Source of the DNA: Octopus vulgaris | Lineage: Eukaryota | Assembly: GCA_951406725.2 (NCBI GenBank) | Contig: OX597837.1 | Coordinates: 36,890,001 to 36,954,000, forward strand | Reading direction: 5' to 3' | DNA: 64,000 bases | Shown here: one piece after another, positions 55,358-64,000 of the stretch | Layout of the letters: each line of letters starts with the position of its first letter | Numbering within the stretch: position 1 is the stretch's first letter | Notes under the pieces: generated by a model | What the model saw: the letters and a program-made list of their open reading frames with translations, nothing else | Database searches by the model: none | Told to the model about the DNA's origin: nothing | Translations under genes and position numbers: made by a program

Positions 55358-57092
55358 TATATATATATATATATTAAATACATACATATATATATATATA
55401 TAATATATATATATACACATACATACACACATGTATGTATATATACTGCCTATGTTTAGATTGATTGAATGTTTGTTATAAAGCTTTCACTTTTATTATA
55501 CTATGGAAAACTGTAGGGAACAAAATGTATGACTTAAATGTTTGGTCGCTGTTTAGTTACATATTTAGGAGTTGGTTATTGATCTACTTATTGAATTTAT
55601 TTACCAATACTGTTATACAGAGGATAAATGTATTTGATAGTTGTTTCTTTGGTATGTTTGTTCCCAAACAACACTTATTTTAGTGTTGTTGACATGGCCG
55701 GATTGAATGGTACTACCCGGGTGTCGAAACCATAATGATATCTGTGGGGCAGCTGATGATGGGAGACATGTTGGATTGTTGGTATGGCTGTTTTTGTATA
55801 TAGGGAACAGTGTTATAACACATCCTTTTGATACATATATATATATACATATACACACATACTTACAGGTATGTATATATGTACACATACATTTATATAT
55901 GTATATACATACATATGCAGAAACAAAGTAACAAAGTCATATATATATATATATAAACATACACACACACACACACACGTATGTGTGTGTGTATATATAT
56001 ATATACATAAATGTCTATATATATATTATGTTTATATGTATTTATACACACCAACACATTTTATGTGTGTGTATGTACATAAATGTATATATGTATAAAT
56101 ATGTATATACACACACATCTACACACAATTTGTGTGTGTATATACATAGATTATATATGTATATATATGTATATACACACATATCTACACACAATTTGTG
56201 TGTGTGTTTATACATATATATATATACATGTATATATATATGTATATACACACACACACCTACACACACACACACACACTACCTCCCCACCCTGCCCACC
56301 ACCCCTCTGCTGCACTGCTACAGTGAACCACCTCAGCAACACCGATCTGTCTTTGACCTTTTTATGTCTCTACAGCTGTTGCTGTTGTTGTTGTTGTTGT
56401 TGCTGCTGCTGCGGTATTGTCTGTGATTCCACCTTTACACCCCCACTCCACCACCACCACCACCTCCACCATCGCCGCCGCCGCCGCCGCCTTCATCTGT
56501 ACACTACGCACCACCGTTGTGGTCTGTTTCTATGTTGCCATCTTCATAGGCACCTACTACCGTCTGCACAACCACTGGCACTATGACCACCACCACTACC
56601 ACCACCACTACCACCACCACCACCACTACATAACTATGACCGTTATACCACAATGGTTATTTCCTTCCATCCCGACCACTTCTACTAGCACCTTCACCAC
56701 CACCACCACCACTATCACCACCACCACCACCACTACCGCCGCCACCACCACCACCACCACCACCTCAACTTCAAAATGAAAAACAAAAATAAAAAACCAA
56801 TAACAAATAAAAAACAGTTAAATTAAAAGACTGAGTTTGTTGTATTTATATAACTTAGAGGTAGTGGTGGCAGTAGGAGTTGTGGTACTGGTGGTAGTAG
56901 TATGCTTGTAAGAGTGGTGAGGGTGGGGATGGTAGTGGTGGTGGTGATAATGATGGCAGGGAAAGTGGTTGGACGGATGGTGGTGGTAGTAGTGGTGGTG
57001 GTGGTGGTAGTCTGGTGATAGAAGTGGTATAGTTGTGGTAGTGATGGTTGTAGTAGTAGGTGTAATATTATTAGTAGTAATAGTAAGGTAGT

Positions 57093-57672
57093 GAATTGGC
57101 AGAATCGTTAGCACGCCAGGTGAAATGCGTAGCCGTATTTCTTCTGTCTTTACGTTCTGAGTTCAAATTCCGCCGAGGTCGACTTTGCCTTTCATCCTTT
57201 AGGGGTCGATTAAATAAGTACCAGTTATGCACTGGAGTCGATGTAATTGACTTAATATGTTTGTCTGTCCTTGTTTGTCCTCTCTGTGTTCAGCCCCTTG
57301 TGGGTAGTAAAGAAATAGGTATTTTATCTGTCTTTATGTTCTGAGTTCAAATTCCACCGAGGTCGACTTTGCCTTTCATCCTTTTGGGGTCGATTAAATA
57401 AGTACCAGTTACGCACTGGGGTCAATATAATCGACTTAATCCGTTTGTCTGTCTGTCCTTGTTTGTCCCCTCTGTGTGTAACCCCTTGTGGGTAATAAAG
57501 AAATAGGTATTTCGTCTGCCGCTACATTCTGAGTTCAAATTCCACCGAGGTCGACTTTGCTTTTCATCCATTCGGGGTTGATAAATGAAGTACCAGTTGT
57601 GTACTGGGGTCAATCTAATCAACTGGCTCCCTCCCCCCAAATTTCAGGCTTTGTGCCTAGAGTAGAAAGCAT
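57093..57672 (+). mobile_element. Multimeric SINE B array
   Basis: Three successive gttctgagttcaaattcc(g/a)ccgaggtcgac-like units joined via aaagaaataggtatt. Confidence 0.85.
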
Positions 57673-58617
57673 TCTTGGTAGTAATAGTGGCGGTGGTGGT
57701 GATGCTGGTCTTTCATCCTGAAGGTGACATCGAATTGAGCATATAATGGCCACACTGCAGAGCAGTGAATCCTCTTTAGCTTTGTCAAGCACAAAGCAAC
57801 CCCACTGGTGCTGGTGCCATGATATAACATGCTTGCATCCCTGTGCATCTTGAAAATGAATACAACAACATATGATTGAGAAGATCCTTTAGTCTTGTCA
57901 AGAACAGAGTTATCTTACCAGGGCTGGTGCTTTGATAAAAAGCGTCTAATACACTCTGTAAAGTGTTTTGTGTTAAGAATGCTATCCAGCCACAGGAACC
58001 ATGCCAAAATTGAAACATATGCCACAAGATGTGGTCCTTTGATAGATCTAGGGGGCTAGCAGCTTCAACCCTCTTGAAACTGCTCCTAGTTCTACGATAC
58101 AAAGTTCTTATTTTGGACGGATCTAAATTTAAACCTCCCATTAAAACTTCATGCTAATTTATGTCTCAAACACCAATTAAATAATGACAAAGTTATTTTA
58201 CCAAATTCTTCATTATTTTCAAAATTAATTGAAACAAAGACAGTTTATTTCAATACAAATATGGTAACAAAAGGGTTAAAGTGATCCAAATTAGAATTTT
58301 CCATTAGAATTTCATGTTAATTTACTTTCCAAACACCAGCTTAATAATGACCATTGCTTTGCTAAATTCTTCATTATCTTCAAAATGAATTGAAACATAT
58401 ATGGTAACAAAAGGGTTAAAGTGATCAAAATGAAAACCTTCATTCAAAATTTTGTGTTAATTTGTTTCAAACACCAGCTTAAAAACAACAGTTATTTTTT
58501 CTAATTTCTTCATTATTTTAAAAGTTAATTGAAACAAATAACTGATTTCCTTTCCATGAAATCCAGATTATAGTGACAGAGCAGTGTTCTGAGTTCAAAT
58601 TCTGCTAATGTGTAATT

Positions 58618-58836
58618 CAGTGCTTTTCAAACTTTTTGCTGGAGCGGAACCCCAAGGAAACATTCCACTGGCTCAAGGAACCCCTGCGCAATAATTCAAT
58701 AGTTTTATGCACACACATCTGCACAGGAGAATTAAAAATTACTGCCGATTTTAGCAGTTTTGTAACTTCTTGCGGAAGCCCTGGACTGTACTGGCGGAAC
58801 CCTAAGGTTTCGCGGAACCCTGGTTGAAAACCACTG
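58618..58836. mobile_element. hAT-type MITE
   Basis: CAGTG...CACTG termini, perfect 8 bp TSD GTGTAATT, subterminal GGAACCC repeats. Confidence 0.85.
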
Positions 58837-59328
58837 GTGTAATTACCCATTTTTGTCCCATTCTGTGGTCGGTAAATATCCATCAAGCAACCATCATATC
58901 TACCCTCATGCCCCACTTATCATCGTCCCTTATGTACCCCTGCATCTCTCTCTCTCTCTCTCCACTGCTCCTAACCTTGCATATCCTTCTACTCCTTTCC
59001 GTTTTCTCCTCCCTGAGCTACTCCTATCTCTCCCACCTTACATGTTGGTATCTCCCATCATCTTCACCCCCATCTTTGTTCATCACTAACTACATTCACC
59101 TCTCCCTCCACCTCTTTATTCCCTCCTCCACTCTCTTTATGAAAGCATCCACTCTCTCTCTCTCTCTCCCCTCTTCCTCTCCCAATTCCTCTCTCTGTCC
59201 CCTCTCTTATGCTCACTTTCTTAACCCTTTACTCTGGTACCCCATCACTACCTTCCTTTTTTATCTCCTCCATCCACGCATCTCCTCTATAGCAAAACAC
59301 CTGTGCTTATCCTTCTGCCATACTTTCT

Positions 59329-59672
59329 CATGGCTCAATGGTTAGAGTGCTGGGCTCACAATCACAAGGTAGTCAGTTCGATTCCTGGACCGGACTGCGT
59401 GTTGTGTTCTTGAGCAAGACACTTTATTTCACTTTGCTCCAGTTCTCTCAGCTGTAGAAATGAGTTGCAGGGTCACTGATGCCCAACTATATCGGTCCCT
59501 TTTCCTTTCCCTTGGACAACATCGGTGGCATGGAGAAGGGAAGCCGATATTCATGGGTGATGCTTGCTGGTCTTCCATAAACAACCTTGCTCGGATTTGT
59601 GCCTCATATGGGAACTTTCTAGGTGCAATTCCATGGTCATTCATGACCAAAGGGGCAGGGTGTTTTACCCTT
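59329..59672 (+). mobile_element. CORE-type tRNA SINE
   Basis: tggctcaatggttag...gttcgattcc then tgtgttcttgagcaagacactttatttcac. Confidence 0.78.
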
Positions 59673-60655
59673 TTTAATTTAGCCTTTCAACATTTGGTAT
59701 AAAGCCACTCGCTTTCCCTTCCCAAGTAATTCCTCTTAGTAGTAGAAGGGGCTTTTTCCTTGCTTTCTTTCTTTGTTCTTTTCTGTTTTGGAAGTTTCTT
59801 GGCAATCTCACCCAGAGCATGCTGTAAAGTGGTCAGTGTTAGGAAGGACATTCAGCCATAGAAACCATGTCAAAGATGGCACTGAGGCTCAGTGTGGCCC
59901 TTCAGTTTGCCAGTACCTATGCATGGTGGGCTTCTTTTAGCTTCCAGTGGGACTGAACCCAGAACCATGTTTAGGAGGCAAACTTCTCCACCACATGGCC
60001 ATGCTGAAGCATTGCCTTCAAGAATTTTAGTCAAATGAATCAACCGTAGTGCTTATTTTTTTAAACCTGGCACTTATTCTATCAGTCTCTATTGTCAAAC
60101 CACTAAGTTACAGGGGTGTAAACACACCAACACCAGTTGTCAGGTGTTGGGGGTTACAAACACAGACCAAAGCACACGCACACACATACATGCACATATA
60201 CACACACACACATTTATATGGCAGGCTTCTTTCAGTTTCTATCTTCCAAATCTGCTCACAAGGATTTGGTTGGCCCGAGGCTATAGCAGAAAACATTTGT
60301 CCAAAGTGCCATGCAGTGGGACTGAACCCGGAACCATGTCATTGGAAGGCTTGATAATAATTTTTTTGTTACAATAAAAATGGTTTCAAATTATGTTGCA
60401 AAGTCATCAAAGTTCAGGAACGGGGTAAGTTGATTACATTGACCCCCAGCGTTCATCTGGTACTTATTGTATTGACCCCCACCGAAAAGGATGAAAGGCA
60501 AAGTCAACCTTGGTGTTTGAACTCGGAATGTACAGAACTAGAAGAAATGCTGTTGAGTATTTTGTCCAGCGTTCTAACGAGTCTGCCAGCTTGCCATCCA
60601 TTTTTTGTTTATACAATGTTTTAATATAATGTTCTTCTGATTTAGGCACACGGCC

Positions 60656-60688
<33 letters not shown>

Positions 60689-60755
60689 GATGATGATGAT
60701 GATGGTGATCATGTAGTTAGATTCTTTTATAATCTTTTCCCGCTTCTCTTTGCAG

Positions 60756-60833
60756 ACAAAACCTCAACATTTTGGAATCAGACGAGAATTCCTGTGACAG
60801 ACTTGAAAACAACACAACTTTAACCAATGACGG
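60756..60833 (+). CDS. Coding exon 4; QNLNILESDENSCDRLENNTTLTND(G)
   Basis: Acceptor cttctctttgcag|, donor GG|gtaagt. 78 nt, phase 2-2, open in the frame carried from exon 3. Confidence 0.78.
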
Positions 60834-61028
60834 GTAAGTGACCTATTCTTCCATAACTTTTTATTCTGCACCCTTGCACCTTCATGCATCTCATACATTG
60901 CATGTCGGACTCTGTGAGTGAACCAATAGACTTCTATGTGGTTGCTTGACCTGCTAGAAATAGCAACCAAGTCTCCCTGAAATCATGCTTTCAGCATTTA
61001 AGCATTTAGATTACCGTGTCAAATGTAA

Positions 61029-61430
61029 TACTCTTTTACTTGTTTCAGTCATTTCGACTGTGGCCATGCTAGAGCACTGCCTTTAGTCGAGCAAATTGAC
61101 CCTGGGACTTATTCTTTGTAAGCCTAGTACTTATTCTATCGGTCTCTTTTGCTGAACCACTAAGTGACGGGGACATAAACACACCAGCATCGGTTGTCAA
61201 GCAATGCTTGGGGAACAAACACACAGACACAAACATATACACACACATATATATATACATATATACAACGGGCTTCTTTCAGTTTCCGTCTACCAAATTC
61301 AGTCAGAAGGCTTTGGTCGGCCCGAGGCTATAGTAGAAGACACTTGCCCCAAGATGCCATGCAGTGGGACTGAACCCGGAACCATGTGGTTAGTAAGCAA
61401 GCTACTTACCACACAGCCACTCCTGCGCCT
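61029..61430 (-). mobile_element. SINE A full length
   Basis: Consensus match on minus strand; another at ~60010-60345. Confidence 0.9.
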
Positions 61431-61469
61431 ATGTAATGCTTATTTATTCACATCTGCCAGTACCGCCTG

Positions 61470-61665
61470 ACTGGCCCCTCTGCCGGTGGCACGTAAAAGC
61501 ACCCACTACACTCTCGGAGTGGTTGGTGTTAGGAAGGGCATCCAGCTGTAGAAACTCTGCCAGATCAAGACTGGAGCCTGGTGCAGCCATCTGGTTCGCC
61601 AGCCCACAGTCAAACTGTCCAACCCATGCTAGCATGGAAAGTGGACGTTTAAACGATGATGATGA
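61470..61665 (+). mobile_element. Repeat family C
   Basis: tgccggtggcacgtaaaagcacccactacactctcggagtggttggtgttaggaagggcatccagctg...aaacgatgatgatg. Confidence 0.75.
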
Positions 61666-61914
61666 TTATTCACATTATTTTGAATTAATCATCCATGAAC
61701 ACGTAAGAGGTTTCTCAGTCCCAAAAGCTGTTTGGAAATTTTCATTACAATCAGTGCAAATAAGTCCCACCTCACGTGGCACCATGATGTTTGTTTTGTC
61801 TAATTTACGGATATTTAAAAGGCCTTCTATTTAGACCAGTGCAGGACTTGCATGTCTTACTATAGGAATGGCATATGAGAATGTCCGATGCAAGGATTTT
61901 TGTGTCATTTAGGC

Positions 61915-62104
61915 CAGTGCTCCCTCATTGGCATGCCATGGCACACTGGTGTGCCATGAGATGATGCTAGGTGTGCCATGGTGTAACCTGAACATAATTT
62001 TTTTCCCCCCTTATGTTTTCAGTTATATTTTTAGTTCAGGTGTGTTGCTGGATTTTGGAAAGAATAAAAGTGTACCGAAAGTGGAGAAAGGTTGTGAAAC
62101 ACTG
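61915..62104. mobile_element. hAT-type MITE
   Basis: CAGTG...CACTG termini, perfect TSD ATTTAGGC; inverted fragment of the same family near 32190-32304. Confidence 0.82.
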
Positions 62105-62115
62105 ATTTAGGCTAA

Positions 62116-63587
62116 ATACACACACACCACACACAATGCACACTAACACATACATACAATACACTTGCGTGCGCACACACACACGATACACACGATACAC
62201 TTGCACACACACACACAATACACAGTAACACAAACGTTACACTTGCACACACACACACACACACAAAATACAACTCACACACACATACACAATACACACA
62301 CTCACACACACACTACACACAATACACTTGCACACACACACACACAATACACTTGCACACACACTACACACAATACACAATACACTTGCACACACACACA
62401 CTACACACAATACACTTGCACACACACACACACAATACACAATACACTTGCACACACACACACACACACACACAATACACTTGCACACACACACACACAC
62501 AATACACAATACACTTGCACACACACACACACACACACAATACACTTGCACACACACACACACAATACACAATACACTTGCACACACACACACACTACAC
62601 ACAATACACTTGCACACACACACACACACACAACACACAATACACTTGCACACACACACACACAATACACTTGCACACACACACACACAATACACAATAC
62701 ACTTGCACACACACACACACTACACACAATACACTTGCACACACACACACACAATACACAATACACTTGCACACACACACACACTACACACAATACACTT
62801 GCACACACACACAATACACAATACACTTGCACACACACACACACACACACAATACACTTGCACACACACACACACACAATACACAATACACTTGCACACA
62901 CACACACACTACACACAATACACTTGCACACACACACACACACAATACACTTGCACACACACACACACACACTACACACAATGCACTTGCACACACACAC
63001 ACACAATACACAATACACTTGCACACACACACACTACACACAATACACTTGCACACACACACACACAATACACAATACACTTGCACACACACACACACAC
63101 TACACACAATACACTTGCACACACACACACACAATACACTTGCACACACACACACACTACACACAATACACTTGCACACACACACACACAATACACTTGC
63201 ACACACACACACACTACACACAATGCACTTGCACACACACACACACAATACACAATACACTTGCACACACACACACTACACACAATACACTTGCACACAC
63301 ACACACACAATACACAATACACTTGCACACACACACACTACACACAATGCACTTGCACACACACACACACAATACACAATACACTTGCACACACACACAC
63401 ACTACACACAATGCACTTGCACACACACACACACAATACACTTGCACACACACACACACTACACACAATACACACTAACACATACATGCAATACACTTGC
63501 ACACACACACACATGCAAACATTACACTTGCACACACACACACACACAAAATACAACTCACACACACACACACACACACACCACACA
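62116..63587 (+). repeat. ~1.5 kb CA-rich minisatellite AATACACTTG(CA)n
   Basis: Dozens of units; source of the His/Thr and Cys/Val ORFs. Confidence 0.95.
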
Positions 63588-63630
63588 TGTATTGATAAAT
63601 AATTCATTTGAATTTTTTCCGTATTTCCAG

Positions 63631-64000
63631 TGATAACGACTTGTGGGACTCAAATTCCGGATTCCAACAACTGAAGAAGAATTCCTACAACAACAACATC
63701 ACTGCGGAAGATTTCCCAAGAATCGTTTCTGCCAATTGCGACGGCGCATTCGACGAAGAAGACCTGCGACAACTGTCTGACCTCACCAAACCCACAGACC
63801 TGAAGTATGACTTGTCGTGCCTCCACCTCTCGGACAGAGGCTCCCAGTTCAGGCGTATCAGAGATGCCGAGTGTGAGTCTGTGTCATCTGATTATTCTGA
63901 AGTCGTTGGGCCGCTCCGAGATCTTGCCGACAACGAAATAGAGATCTTTAATTCCAGTGATTTAGAGGAAACCATTATTAGTGAGAAATGTAACAGCTTC
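63631..64000 (+). CDS. Coding exon 5 (runs past window end); DNDLWDSNSGFQQLKKNSYNNNITAEDFPRIVSANCDGAFDEEDLRQLSDLTKPTDLKYDLSCLHLSDRGSQFRRIRDAECESVSSDYSEVVGPLRDLADNEIEIFNSSDLEETIISEKCNSF
   Basis: Acceptor ttttttccgtatttccag|. 123 stop-free codons (63632-64000) in the phase-2 frame, higher GC, non-repetitive. No recognisable domain. Confidence 0.85.

Noticed and set aside
62165-63633. 420-437 aa His/Thr-rich ORFs in three frames
   Set aside because: Translations of a CA minisatellite; open in all frames because the repeat lacks stops.

Overview
Eukaryotic, AT-rich, repeat-saturated DNA. The repeat repertoire and microsatellite load point to an octopus/coleoid cephalopod genome, which is an inference from remembered repeat families rather than a database check. 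Nearly all ORFs in the supplied track are microsatellite or SINE artefacts. I could assemble by hand one + strand spliced gene from five phase-compatible exons (23480-23637, 32580-32648, 37989-38047, 60756-60833, 63631->64000). It encodes an unrecognised acidic, Asn/Ser-rich N-terminus and runs off the window end. The rest is intron or flank filled with several tRNA-derived SINE families, two CR1-clade LINE 3' ends, decayed mariner transposase pieces, and mariner, hAT, Merlin-like, piggyBac-like and Helitron non-autonomous elements. The most notable signal is a set of hammerhead-ribozyme motifs resembling Penelope-like element (PLE) termini, embedded in (TA)n/(CA)n tracts. Two occur as outward-facing pairs inside fold-back hairpins (24695-24962, 48218-48600). 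Recognisable solo copies are antisense to the host gene. Repeat boundaries were read by eye and may be off by a few bases.
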